This document shows, one piece after another, positions 12,452-25,210 of a stretch of 64,000 bases of DNA. The notes below the pieces were generated by a model that was not told where the DNA came from, made no database searches, and worked only from the letters and a program-made list of their open reading frames with translations. The stretch is from positions 5,146,001-5,210,000 of the forward strand of contig JBHGNT010000018.1 of assembly GCA_043228905.1 (NCBI GenBank), read 5' to 3'. The DNA is from Azolla caroliniana. Lineage: Eukaryota; Plantae; Polypodiophyta. Each line of letters begins with the position of its first letter. Positions within the stretch are counted from its first letter, which is position 1. A program made the position numbers and the translations under genes.

Positions 12452-12874
12452 GTCTTCAATGATTTTTCGAAGATGGGGGGGTGATTTTGCTTATGGTGAA
12501 AGCAAAACATATTCTTTACTATCCAATTCAAGCTAAATAGATATATAGTTTAAATGTAATAGATGATGATTCTCACAATTATGTATATGGAAGGGACATT
12601 TCTGTAATAAGTAAGAAATAGATTATATAGAAGCCATGGCTTTTGCTGCTGCTACACTCCAATCCTTGTACAGAAATCCATGTTCTTTCTGTTAGTTGTG
12701 GGGATAATAATGCTCGGAGGACGCTCTCAGCTTAGCGCAACTCAGGTCAGATTGATTGCTTTGTTTCATTATTAATCACATCAATTTTTACACAAAAAAA
12801 CCTTGCTGTGTGTCTTTTATTCTTCTTTTCCTGATTGTAACACAAAAACATTCTTAGCTCTTTTCCCATATGCT

Positions 12875-13480
12875 TTTCATCAGATATCATACTTTATGCA
12901 TATGAATTTCCTCACATATCATGCTGTATGTATCAGGGTATTCATCAAATATCGGCGTGCTTTGTGTATGGGTTTCATTACGTATCGTACTTCATAGATA
13001 TAGGGTTTCATTAGATATTATACTTAATGTACATCAATTTCATCATAAATAATCTTCTTTATTTATGTGAGTGTCATTAGATATCATACATTTATGTAGA
13101 TGGTTTCATTTGATATCATACTTTATGTATATGTGGTGTATTCATAAGATATCATGGTTTATTTATATGATGATGTTGTTATCAATTTAATTTTTTATGG
13201 TAGGTTTTTGAGGCATCGTACTTAATGTATATGGGTATTCATCAGATATCATGCTTTGTCTATATGGTTGTTCCTCAGATATCATACTTTATGTACGTGT
13301 ATATTCCTCAAATATCCTACTTCTGGTATCAATTTAAACTTTTGTGAAATATTTATGTAATATCACACTTTATCTATAAGGGTATTCATCAGATACCATA
13401 CATTTTGTATCGAATTTTTCTGTTAGATTTCATTAATGACATACTTTATATATACATGTGTGTTCATGTCAGAAATCAAT
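12875..13480. repeat. Degenerate AT-rich minisatellite in the putative PEX5 5'UTR intron
   Basis: Recurrent core (T)CATCAGATATCATACTTTATG with variable spacing. Confidence 0.7.
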
Positions 13481-13571
13481 TTGAGCTTTGATGATACATT
13501 TATGTAATACTTGTCTTGTTTTAGGAGGGATTCTTTGAACATTGAATAATAGAGATTATTTAGCTGGAAAA

Positions 13572-15357
13572 ATGGCATTAAGAGACCTAATAATAGGCAG
13601 TGGGAGCTGCGCAGTTCCAGGAACATTGTCGGCGACCAATCCACTTGGTGGTTTGGCAGAATCCATCTTTGGTTCAGCTTCCAAAACTCAGGTTCTCTAC
13701 AGATTAAGCATGATGAATATTGTTTTCTCCTGGCTATATATATTGCATGAAATGGATAGTTCTCTTCGTACTGTATGTATGCATGATGTGGGTGTCTTCT
13801 TTTTATAGGATGTATTGAATGAGGTAGGTTGTTCTCTTCAGACTTGTACACTCATATAGTAATGGGATTTTGGGGACAATGCATCAAGGCACCCAAGAAG
13901 TAATAAGATGCCCATATCCTGCATGTGGAGGTCAATTTACCCTATGAAGAACTAGGTTTCCAAATGTAATGACTTGTTTGTTTTCTTTGGATTAGGACAC
14001 TAGGACATAAATGGGATTTGGGTTCCACGCAAGAAGCGATGATGTGTCCTTATACTACATGTAGAGGTCAATTTAACCTATGGACAATTAGGTTTCCATA
14101 TGTAATGTTAATTGTTTGTTTTCTTCAGACTAGTACATTAGAACATTAATGAGATTTTGGGGTCAATGTGTCAAGAAGAAGTGATAATGTGCCCATATGT
14201 TGCATGTAGAGGTCAATTTAGCCTTTGAACAATTAAGTTTCCAGATGTAATGCTACTTGCATGGGGACATGGCTATATATTAATGGTGAGGTGGAAAGTG
14301 AGAGAATAGATGTTCCACTGAGAGCCAATGGAGCTCCACATGGAATACCTGCCCTGGTTATGATTGTGTCCTTACAGAGAGATTCATTTCATGTGAGACG
14401 GTTGAGATTCTTAGATGTGGTTCTGTAGACCCATCATTATTAGCCTTATGAACCTGAGGGTTCACCGTGCATATATATGGTTTTCTACTTTATGCATATA
14501 GGCATGAAGGGGGTAGATTCAACTCACTGTGTTTAATGTGTGTTGATCATGCACATGTTTTCTTGCGTATTATATCTTCTTAGGCATGATAAACATGCAC
14601 ATATTTTTTTCTTACTATATGATGCATGAAGTAAATTCGATGCATGCTAGACCTAATATAGTGTGCATGTTTTTCTTCTTATTTTGTACATAGGCATGAA
14701 GTGGGAGCTAATTAGTTTATGTTTTCCCGTTCTTATTGTATGTATGGATGAAGCAAGTAGACTCAATACATAAACCTAAAGAGTGGTTATCATGCATTTG
14801 TTTTGTAACTCTTATGTATGCATGACATGTATAAATTCAATGCTAGACGTAATGGGTTGTGTTTGTGAAATTTTTAATGTCCATAGGAAAGGTTACAAGA
14901 GCTTCCGGCATTACCAGCGTGCCAAGAATCACTGGTGAATGAACTAGGATCATTCACTTCCCTTTCAGGTTCTGAGTATGCCCAACAAAATGGTGAACCA
15001 CTTGATCCTCAGGTAAGTTAGTCACAAACTTTTCTTGACCCTTGCTTTTTCAGTATGTCGAATCAAAGAAAGGATGAAGGATGGTGTTTAATTGTCTATT
15101 TATGCTTTGAAAGTTTTTGGCCATCACTATTTGAATTTCTTTAGATTGAAAATGATTTCCAACCTGCTGATATTGACCTTTAACTAACCTTACACCACCA
15201 CCGGAAGTTGATAGGGCAGGAATTTGATTACTGGAAATACTGAGAAGGGCATACTCTAGGAGGAAAATGTGATGAAAGTTTCAAGTTCCTTCTATAAAGC
15301 AAATCAAATGTCACATGTAGCTGAGCAGTGTTGGGATCACTATATATATATATATAT

Positions 15358-15416
<59 letters not shown>

Positions 15417-18400
15417 CATATATGGCTATATTGCCAAGATAATGTGTGCATACACACACTTTTATTGTTCACATTAATTCATTTAGAGGTGTGTGATAGT
15501 CATGCATACTTATTTACACTCATATGCAGACTATTCATGACAGACACACAAGCATGCCATATGTTAGCTATAACATTTCATTATGTAACTGGAATCTCTC
15601 TTTTCATGGTAGGTTTCTGGATTCCTCCAGGGATTCCGTGGTGCTGATCAACAAGGATTTCAAGATGCTTGGAGTGAGATTCTTGCGCCCCGATTACCAC
15701 AGCAAGCATATTTCCAGATGCCGACCTCCTCAGGTGTATTTTCCAAGTTTGAACAGATTTATGAAAAAAACCCAGCCTCTTCAGTCCCTCCAATTGAAAA
15801 TACTCCTCAAGGGATGCTTTCCGGTTACTTACGATCTTTTGTGGACAGCAGCTGGGCTGAAGTTCCTTTTCATCCCATGCCTCTGCCAGATCTTGGTTTG
15901 TCAGATATTGATAAACAGAGGATCCGAGATCGGAGTAGCATCATGGCACGCCACTTTTTTGCTGATAAGGGGGATGAATATGCAAGTTCTCAGGTAACGA
16001 GCTTGCATATTGAAGCACCAAACTTGTAAACATTGAAGGGATTCCTCGCTAAACCCTTACTTTGTTTTTGTTGGTGAACTTGAATGCTTGTGTTCTAGGT
16101 GAATGCACTTTTACATTCATTGGATATAGATTCTGAGCTACGATCTTGGGAACCACAAGGCCCTTTTCCTGAACTTGAAAAGTACTGGAGTGATGCACAT
16201 GCTGGAAAACTAGCAGCTGTAGAGAGTGGCCAACATTTACAGAATTCTGATCAGTGGGCAGAAAACTTCAATACATCCAGGGATCCACAGCAGTGTGTAG
16301 GAAAGTTTCAACAGCAAAGAAATGGTTGGGCTGATCAGTTTGACAAGGTTTTCTTTCTTGGCATTTTCCTCTGTTTAATACACATATCTACCTAATATGC
16401 TTGTGTGTAGGTGTATATCTACTTATACACAGATCTGTATAAATATGCCTACTCTATCTACATATCATGCATGATATACAGATACATAACTCCATATCAT
16501 GTATATATAGATGCATATGTTTGTGGTTTTGCTTCAATACTGTTTAGCTGGATGGATCTTTGAAATATTTGCTCGTTGAATCCTTTCTACGCTCCCACAT
16601 GAGTATTGGTCTGAAATTTCAACTAGAAAATTATTTTGCAACTACTCGTGAGTGGGAACTAAGCTTCCGTTTGGGTATGTGTCTAGAGTAGTTTCAGGAT
16701 TTTCCCATGTGGAAATTTATGCTCAGTTTTCCTAAGTTTGCTCTAGGATTGATTAACTGATAGTTTTATCAATTCTTAATCACTTTGTACATGTCCTGTA
16801 TATGAATGAAATTTCAGTACCTTTTTAGGAATCTGTCATAATTGTAAATTTAGGAACAAGCACAACTATCTACAACGGAATTGTCTAGGCATCAAGATGC
16901 TGGAACTCTTGCAACTTTAGGCCAGATAAGGTCATCGGCTGACACACATTCTCAAAACCTGGATCCCAAGTTTCAGGTCAGTCAATAAGATATAGGAAAA
17001 TTTCTCTTTCAAGTCTTACATCTAGCCTCCTCAGCCCTCTTCTTTTTGTGGTTTTTTATACAGAATTCAAAGTCCTTTCAATTTGTCTCCAAGATGAGCA
17101 GAGGGGATCTTATTCTCGAAGATAACCAGATGAAGCCAAATGGAAATGGTTGGGCTGATGAATTCCAACACACAAACATCAATGAGAAATGGGAAACTGA
17201 ATTTACAGCAGGAGAGGTTGTTCTAGAAATTCAAGAAAATTTATTAAACATCTATAAATGAGAGCCAACAAAGATTATTAACATCTCTAAATGAGATCCA
17301 ACAATGATTATTAATGATACTATTAGCTCATTAAGCAAATAACAAAAAGAACATGTATTTTTATAAAACGTTATGAATAATTCTTACAATAAGCTTGCTT
17401 TTAAGTCAATTGCTAATCATATTGCAATGTGTGATATTCTGTATGCAGCATGTTCATTTGGTGGACAATTGGGCGAATGAATATGCTTTAGTGGGGACAT
17501 CAGAAGAGGGTTGGATTGATGAGTTTTCTAAGTTTAATGTGAAAGACTGGTCTCATGAGTTTGGTGGTCAATCCTCTAACAAAGTTCATCAGATCAATGA
17601 ATGGGTGGATAGTTATGACAAGTAACTGCCTTTGTGCCTTTAACAATTTTGAAGAATTGTGTGTATTTGGATTGCATAACCATCGGAATTTGATGATTTC
17701 TTTTCAGATATGTAGAGGAGAAAGCAATGATGAATCGAAATTTGCCATCATCTTCAAAGTGGTTGTATGCATTTTCAGAACAGAATCCCTATGTGGGTCA
17801 TCCAAACCCATTGAAGGAGGGTCAAGAGCTTTTCCGGCGAGGGCTTCTTAGTGAAGCTGTTTTGGCTCTTGAAGCAGAAATACTGAAGAATCCTGATAAT
17901 GTTGAAGGTTGGCGTTTGCTAGGCATCACCCATGCAGAAAATGACGATGATGGACAGGTTAAGAGGGATATAACTCCTCACAATTGCTTTATGGGAAGAG
18001 CACCAAAATACCCCTAATTTTTTGTTACATACCAAGATACCCTAAGTCTTCAAAAATACCAGGGCATACCTTTCTCTAGTACAATATTTACTACTGCAGA
18101 AGAGCAATCTGGAAAATTTTAGAAGGCTTGGGGTTTTCTGGTATGTATCCAAGAAATCAGAGTTATTTTTGTGTTTTCCCCATTTTTATCTTAATGGTAG
18201 CTCGGTTGCAAATTGGAAACTAAGACCAGGATCGGGAGTTGAACTTCCAACCTATGGCATACAAGGCCAGGCAACCCCTCCCTCTTCTATTGATATCCTA
18301 CACTTCGATTTCTGATTCAGAAGAATTGGTGTTTTATAACAAATATAGGATCGATGATAATAACTAACACAAGAATGGTGGTATTTGGGAATATACACCA

Positions 18401-20216
18401 GTAATCACATTTTATCCATATTAAGTTCTGTCTCTGATGAGCGTTTATGATGACAGGCCATTGCATCAATGGTTCAGGCAAGAGATACAGAACCCACCAA
18501 CCTCGAAGTGCTCTTATCACTTGGTGTCAGTCATACAAATGGTAAATAGCTCAATACTATTACATTCCGCTTTGCATTGCTGTCCAAACATTCCAAGGAA
18601 AATTCCTTGAGAGAAATGTTGTGCTCTTATTGAAGACCTCTATTCTAGAATACTCATATGTTGGCCTCAACTTTCCCCTCGAAAAAAACCGATGAAAAGA
18701 GAAGTAATCATATAGCAACTAAAATGGAAACTAAAATACGTGCATGATTACATATGCACGCCACCCAGGTGGAACCTACATAGCCTTTCTTGATATTTTG
18801 ATTCTCATTATCATGTGTACAAAGAAATACAGTTTGTTGAATATGAGGGATAACATTCCCTGAATTAAACATTTTAACTTCAGAGCTAGAGCCACAAGAT
18901 GCCTTGAAATATCTGAAAGCTTGGCTTCAACATCACTCCAAGTACGGTGCAGTGATCCAGATGGAGCAAGTTCCAGTATTAAACCATAGTGAGGTAAATG
19001 CATCACTACGTATATAATGAAGGGGTAGTATGAAAAGTATCCCTGATATAAATAATAGTAAACTCAACTCTATGCCCTGTAGTTTTGAAAATATCAGTTA
19101 ACATCTCTTTGTTTAAAAATGAAGAGTCCAATATTAATATCACTGATACTTTAAAAACTGTAATTGATAGATTTGATATTACCTCTTATACAAAGGGAGT
19201 TTCGGGAAAATATCTTTAACTGTAATTGTCTTCACTCTGTTTGTGGATCCAGGTCACATGTCTCTTCCATAAAGCTGCACAAATGTGTCCGGAGGATGCC
19301 GATGTCCACACAGTGCTTGGTGTTCTTTATAATTTGTCAAGAGAGTATGATAAAGCTATTGCGGCTTTTCAGAAAGCACTTGAATTAAAACCCAAAGACT
19401 ACTCTCTTTGGAATAAACTTGGTGCCACACAGGCTAATAGTGGTCGAAGTGCTGACGCCCTTCATGCATATCAAGAGGTGCACTATTTCAAATTATGGAG
19501 CCAAAAACATTCAGATAACCATGTTTTGCAAATCATTTTTCAAATATTTGTCCGAATAATGCAGGCTTTAGACTTAAAACCGAATTATGTTCGAGCATGG
19601 TCCAATATGGGTATAAGCTATGCAAATCAGGTACTATACTGTCCTTTTCAGTCAGCCAACAGAATACACATTGAGAGAGATAGCACATACTAAATTTCAG
19701 GGCTTGTACAGGGTCTATATGAAGATTCTATACGCTATTATGTACGAGCATTGTGTATGAATCCAAAAGCAGAAAATGTTTGGCAATACCTTAGGATTTC
19801 CCTCAGGTAAGGAGCTCTCTTGCCCCTCACTCACTCTATAGGTTCTATCTAATAGGTCATTTTGGCCTTCTCAAAATGTTACTTTAATACATTGTTTAAT
19901 GTCTATCGTGTATGCACACATGCTTTTTTATTGATCGTATGTACAAGTGTCTAAAACCATCAGGAATGTATAAGATTCATGTGATGTCTGAAGGTAACCT
20001 TTAACAAAGGCTATTTCTAGTTGCGTATTTACTATTTACATACAGGAACCACTTTGGCCTACTAAAGATGGGATCCATGCAGCATATGCATGTACATTAT
20101 GTGTAGATAGAGAATCTTGAATTTTGTTTTTCAGCACCACGGGGAGTCGAGAGTTGATTGATGCTTGTGAGAGGCAGGATCTTGATTTATTACAACAAGA
20201 GTATCCCTTCATATGA
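13572..20216 (+). CDS. PEX5: Peroxisomal PTS1 receptor PEX5 (14 coding exons)
   Basis: Exons: 13572-13691, 14887-15012, 15613-15993, 16099-16347, 16854-16976, 17064-17216, 17449-17621, 17708-17957, 18457-18541, 18884-18993, 19253-19477, 19565-19630, 19712-19806, 20135-20216. All GT-AG with frame conserved. N-terminus MALRDL..GSCAVPG..NPLG has the conserved Cys. Multiple WxxxF/Y motifs (WAENF, WADQF, WADEF, WETEF, WANEY, WIDEF, WSHEF, WVDSY). TPR region (LWNKLGATQANS, LDLKPNYVRAWSNMGISYAN). Likely 5'UTR exon ending at 12745. Confidence 0.96.
13860..14262. repeat. ~3 x 135-bp diverged tandem repeat in PEX5 intron 1
   Basis: CATGT(G/A)GAGGTCAATTTA..C..TG.A.AA.TA.GTTTCCA.ATGTAATG recurs at ~13922, ~14058 and ~14203. 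Confidence 0.8.
17993..18180. mobile_element. Mutator-like MITE in a PEX5 intron
   Basis: Imperfect long IR GGGAAGAGCACC...GTGTTTTCCC. Flanks only partly duplicated (ttgctttat / catttttat). Confidence 0.5.
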
Positions 20217-21423
20217 CAGCTTAAAGGTTTCTACTTGTGTACGTGGTGTAGTATCCTATTCCAATGTATCATTGATTTCATTGTAATCAAATTTTTATTT
20301 ATTTATATGCCAAGGGTCTTACTACAATGAGCATTCCCAGTTTGTATTATAAGATATTTATCTCAGTATTCCCAAGAGTGATGCTGGTAATAGATCTTGT
20401 CTCTTCTTCATATAAGAATTGATGTAAAATACTTATCCATTCTCTGGATGAAGAGATTTAGTAATTATCATTTATCTACACAACACTGGTTAATCCATGA
20501 GAGATTAATCATCCGTCATAGATTAAACACCCATGATTATGTTCCAAAGATAAGATTGGTTGATAATAATTTGTTGATTATTGTGGAGGATGACATGGAT
20601 TGTAATGTTGATATTGTTTCTCATATTCAAAAAGTGATGAGCTAATTAATGGCCCATGTAATGAAAACCAATCAGAAACGTTAATGACGGGATCAATCTG
20701 GACAAATAATGAACTAAGGTTTCCTACTAATAATATTCTTGATTTCACCCTGGAATTTTGTATTTCACCGAAAATTAAGGCCAAGAGTCAGGAATAAGTT
20801 CATCATTGCTGATTGATCAGATGGGTTCCCTGGAGTTGTGCAGTTTGTTTGGATCACTTTTTTGTGAACCATGAGTTATTTGTACTGCATTTCTGAAATT
20901 TTACTTGGCCTGGGAACCGAACCACGTTTGATCTTTGTATGTAAACTCAATTCTCTTAAAACATCAAATAGGGGCACCCGAGTTGCAGCCTAATGTTAAA
21001 GGGGTGCACTAAAAAAATAGTTGACCTACGAGCTGCCATTTGGGTCATTGAATGATCACCACTCCTGGATTCTTATTGCCCATATGACCATGAGAGTCAG
21101 CATTATCAAAGTATATTGGTGTTACATTAACTTCATAAAGAGCATTGTGTCAAATCAACCAATTTCAACTTTTGAACCTTAATCAAAACTATCAGTACTT
21201 GCACTTTGGTGGTCATTATAATTGATCATGCCAACATTTCCATTCCTCTCCGTATATTTGTATCAGTTACTTGTTACTTGTATCTTGATGTATGGCATTG
21301 ACCATTGTGACTTCGATGCATTGGATCACATTTATGAGCAATAAAATATACTGCAATTCATGGTGTGTTGAGTCACATCTAGAGCCAATAAAAGTATATA
21401 TACATGAATGGCAATATACACAT

Positions 21424-24366
21424 CTACAACCCATGATTAATTTCAATCTCAAATAAATCCTTCATTAGAATATTTTCAAAATCCATAAATATAAAACTAT
21501 TATATCTTTGAGGAACTCCTGTATGTAGACACATGTCATCCTCTTTACCTAGCATTGATTCCACTTTCTCATTTAGTTGAGGCATGTAATCATAATCCCT
21601 GAGATGTTTTTGTACACACATGAACTTGGGAAAGGCAAAATCATTGTTTGGTTCAACTTTCCCTCCAACCGTGAAATCATGAGCTCGTTCATCTATCTCA
21701 ATCCATGCCTTCCTGTCCTTTTGCTCAAGTGAACTTATTTCAAATTTTTGCATTTCACGAGTATCTGCCCACAATTGGGTGTCTGAATAGATGTTTGGCA
21801 TGAATACAATATCAGATGCATCATTGGAACCTTCTTGAACTCCATGGAAGCATTGGTTTGCTAACTCAACATTGTTATATGTTTTGCTGTTTGCAAGCAA
21901 TGATCTCCAAACAACAGGATCAGGAAAATATGGCAATGTGCTAACTAAATCTCTTGCCTCAGTTAAGCCTCCAGAACGAGCAAGGAGATCTATCATGCAA
22001 CTGTAATGCTCAATACTAGGTATGATACCGAAGTCGTCAACCATTGATTTGAAGTACTTAATGCCCTCTCCTAAGAGGGCAGAATTGCTGCACGCAGACA
22101 GAAGACTACTAAATATAACACCATCGGGCTCCAAGCCATGCTTTTGCATATCCCAAATACATTGATATGCAAGCACGCAATTACCACAAGATGCATAACC
22201 TGCGATCATGGTTGCCCATGTAACAGTGGTCTTTGTGTTCATTTTGTTAAAAACAATTCGTGCTTCCTCTATGCCTCCACATTTTGAATAGATATTGATG
22301 AGAGTGTTTCCAATAACATCATCTGAAGAAATGTTGCTTTCTAGAATCTGACCATGTACTAACTTGCTGTATTCCATTGCTCCTACAATCCCACAAGCTT
22401 TCAACACATGCAAAAATATGACCCTACTTGCTTCTATCTCCTCGTCTTGCATTTTTGCATAAATGTCCAAAACATGGGAACCATAACCATGTTGAGCATA
22501 GCCTCCAATCATTGCTGCCCAAGAAACCACATCTCGAATTTTCATGTTGTTGAATACTTTGAATGCCTCATCTAAACTTCCAGATTTCCCATACATATCA
22601 ACCAACGTGTTCCCAATCATTACATTAACATCATATCCACAGTGAATAACCTGATTGTGAATCAGCATGCCCTCCCTTGCAGCACCAGTGTTTCCACAAG
22701 CTTTCAGGATAGACGAGAATATGACATCATTTGGCTGGATATTTTTGTTTTGCATTTCATCAAAAATCTCAAATGCATGCATACTATACCCATGCTGAAC
22801 ATTTCCAGATATAATGACACCCCATGAAACTACATCCTTGCTCAGCATTTCATCAAATGCATTTTGTGCTTCCTTAATGTTTCCACATTTTATATACATA
22901 TCAATCAGAGTGTTTTGCACAACTTTATCACATGCAACCTGATTTTGCATTATCTTCTTGTGTATTGACTGGCCATGTTCAAGAGTTTTTGTGCTTCCAC
23001 ATGCTTTCAATATAACGGACACTGTGATTTCACTTGGCTTAAAACCCTCCTCTTGCATTTCCTCAAAAAGCTTGAGGGCACGCAAATATTCGTTACATCC
23101 AGCATATCCAGCTATCAGCACATTCCAGGAAACATCATTTCTTACCGGTAGATCATCAAAGACACTTTGTGCATCATACATTTGCTTACACTTGGCATAC
23201 ACATATAAAAGCGAGTTTCCTATTTCCTGATCCATTAGTTTCTCGTTTCGTATTATTTTATTATGTAACACTCTAGCATGATGAAGAGATTCCACATTCC
23301 CACATGCTTTTAAAACAGATAAATAGGTTGTTTTCACCGGATTTACTCTTCTTGCTTGCATCTCTTCAAAGAGCTGAAGTGCAGAAAGCTCGCATCCATT
23401 ATTTGTATATCCTGCAATCAATGTACTCCATGACACTGCATCTTGGGGAACCATATTGTCAAATGTAATCTGTGCATCTTCTAGGCTAGCACACTTTCCA
23501 TACATGTCTATGAGAGTATTGCCAAGCAATAAATTGGATCCAAGCTCAAATCCACCTCTTAGAATCAGCCCATGTATCAGTTTCCCCTCCTTTAGAGCTT
23601 CAATTTGCCCGCATGCCTTGAGGACACAGGAAAATATAACTATATCAGGTTTTACATCTTCGAATTGCATTTCTTTAAAGAGTTCTATTGCAAGCCTGCT
23701 GTAGCTATGCTGAACATACCCTGAAACCATCGCTCCCCATGAGGCCACATCCCGCAAAACCATGTTACGAAAAACTGTCTTAGCTTCATCCAATCTCCCA
23801 AATTTTGCATACATATCTATGAGAGCATTTTCAACAACAAGATTGGACCCACAATTGCTTGCATCTATCTCCTTGTGTATTATTCTAGCCTGTTCAAGTG
23901 CATTTGTCATGTAGCAAGCCTTTATGATGCTCAAATAGGTTATTCGGTTGGGATTAATATCTTGTTCTTTCATTTTATCAAACAGCTCAAGAGAACTTTG
24001 ACATTGACCTGCATTGACATGCGCTGAAATTATTGCATTCCAGGTATATGCACTTGGCTTATTAAACTTTCTAAACATTGTGCTTGCCTCTGACAAGCTC
24101 CCATATGAAGCAAATAGACGAATAAGATGATCCCCTAAGAAAGGTATTGAATCTAGTCCATTGTAAATCATTAGACAGTGCAGTCCCCTAATGTGTTCAA
24201 GGTTGTCATGTTTAGTGAAGCCTTGCATAAGACCATAAACAACATCAACATTTGACAAGAAAACATTTTGATTATCCATACAGATCAATTTCTTGGAAAG
24301 TTTATCCATCCATATAAATGATTGAGAGAATTTTTCTATGACAAAACTGAAACCATTCATATACAT
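21424..24366 (-). CDS. PLS-class PPR protein with E domains and a truncated DYW(KP-like) tail; organellar RNA-editing factor family
   Basis: Intronless 980-aa ORF with repeating P-L-S motifs (DVVSWxxxIxGY, LIDMYxKCG). E region HYSCMIDLLARSG...VWRSLL. Then KAWIEID..AHDFTVG..YMP..KEDDMCLH with no HxE or CxxC. Confidence 0.93.
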   Translation of the reverse strand: MYMNGFSFVIEKFSQSFIWMDKLSKKLICMDNQNVFLSNVDVVYGLMQGFTKHDNLEHIRGLHCLMIYNGLDSIPFLGDHLIRLFASYGSLSEASTMFRKFNKPSAYTWNAIISAHVNAGQCQSSLELFDKMKEQDINPNRITYLSIIKACYMTNALEQARIIHKEIDASNCGSNLVVENALIDMYAKFGRLDEAKTVFRNMVLRDVASWGAMVSGYVQHSYSRLAIELFKEMQFEDVKPDIVIFSCVLKACGQIEALKEGKLIHGLILRGGFELGSNLLLGNTLIDMYGKCASLEDAQITFDNMVPQDAVSWSTLIAGYTNNGCELSALQLFEEMQARRVNPVKTTYLSVLKACGNVESLHHARVLHNKIIRNEKLMDQEIGNSLLYVYAKCKQMYDAQSVFDDLPVRNDVSWNVLIAGYAGCNEYLRALKLFEEMQEEGFKPSEITVSVILKACGSTKTLEHGQSIHKKIMQNQVACDKVVQNTLIDMYIKCGNIKEAQNAFDEMLSKDVVSWGVIISGNVQHGYSMHAFEIFDEMQNKNIQPNDVIFSSILKACGNTGAAREGMLIHNQVIHCGYDVNVMIGNTLVDMYGKSGSLDEAFKVFNNMKIRDVVSWAAMIGGYAQHGYGSHVLDIYAKMQDEEIEASRVIFLHVLKACGIVGAMEYSKLVHGQILESNISSDDVIGNTLINIYSKCGGIEEARIVFNKMNTKTTVTWATMIAGYASCGNCVLAYQCIWDMQKHGLEPDGVIFSSLLSACSNSALLGEGIKYFKSMVDDFGIIPSIEHYSCMIDLLARSGGLTEARDLVSTLPYFPDPVVWRSLLANSKTYNNVELANQCFHGVQEGSNDASDIVFMPNIYSDTQLWADTREMQKFEISSLEQKDRKAWIEIDERAHDFTVGGKVEPNNDFAFPKFMCVQKHLRDYDYMPQLNEKVESMLGKEDDMCLHTGVPQRYNSFIFMDFENILMKDLFEIEINHGL

Positions 24367-25008
24367 ATTCCTTCCTCAAGGAGGATGGATATCATCCACA
24401 TCTTCTTCAATGCCTATTGCATAAAATCATTGATTTGAAGATCATAAATGGCATCAGCATTTGATTAGAGAGCACTTCACTCATCCATTAGGATTAATTG
24501 CCTGGGGATTTTCGTTGGAATTCCATCCATATAAACCATTTAAAACCCTTATGAGACTAGATAAACCATTTGCACTCAAAAACATACCTCAAGGAAGTTG
24601 CATACCATCCTCATTCTCACATATCATCATTCAATATCTCAAGGAGGTTGCGTATCATTTGTGTGCTAAAATAACTCTCAAGGAGTACTTGAGAAATTTG
24701 CGTGTCATTTGCATGCTCAAATAACTCTCAAGGAGTATGCATATCATCAAAAACTCTCACATAGCATCGTTCAATGCCTATGGTCTAAGGGTCCTAAAGG
24801 AAGCTGCATAGCATAATTCAATGACTATGCTCTAATAAAAATCCTCAAAGAAAATGCACATCATCAGACACGTCTATTACACATTGACCAAATGTTTTTT
24901 AAGTAAGAAATAAAACTAAAACCCAAACACCTCTGGTAAAAGTGGACCGGAAAAGAAACGTTTCAAACCTGACAAAAATTTCATCATCATCATCATCATC
25001 ATCATCTC

Positions 25009-25210
25009 AGGGTACAGATTAGAGGTTTTCTTGAATCCTGCATTTGGCCTTTCCAAAATGGCCCCCCAAGTTTTTTCAAAAAGTTACCAGGTATATGTAT
25101 ATTACCTTCATTGGTACAAACTCTAAAGCTCCTGCATGGGGGGGGCACCTCAGGGGTATTGTGGTAAATATCCAAAACTTTAGGGGCAAATCTGTCTTGT
25201 GTTTTGCCCT
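25009..25210. mobile_element. Possible Mutator-like MITE
   Basis: Imperfect termini AGGGTACAGA.../...TGTTTTGCCCT with internal inverted similarity. No clean TSD. Confidence 0.3.

Noticed and set aside
20330-20960. Short ORFs between PEX5 and the PPR (also 25400-26260, 43050-43950, 59060-59400)
   Set aside because: Probably old TE remnants, but no diagnostic motif could be identified, so they are not called.
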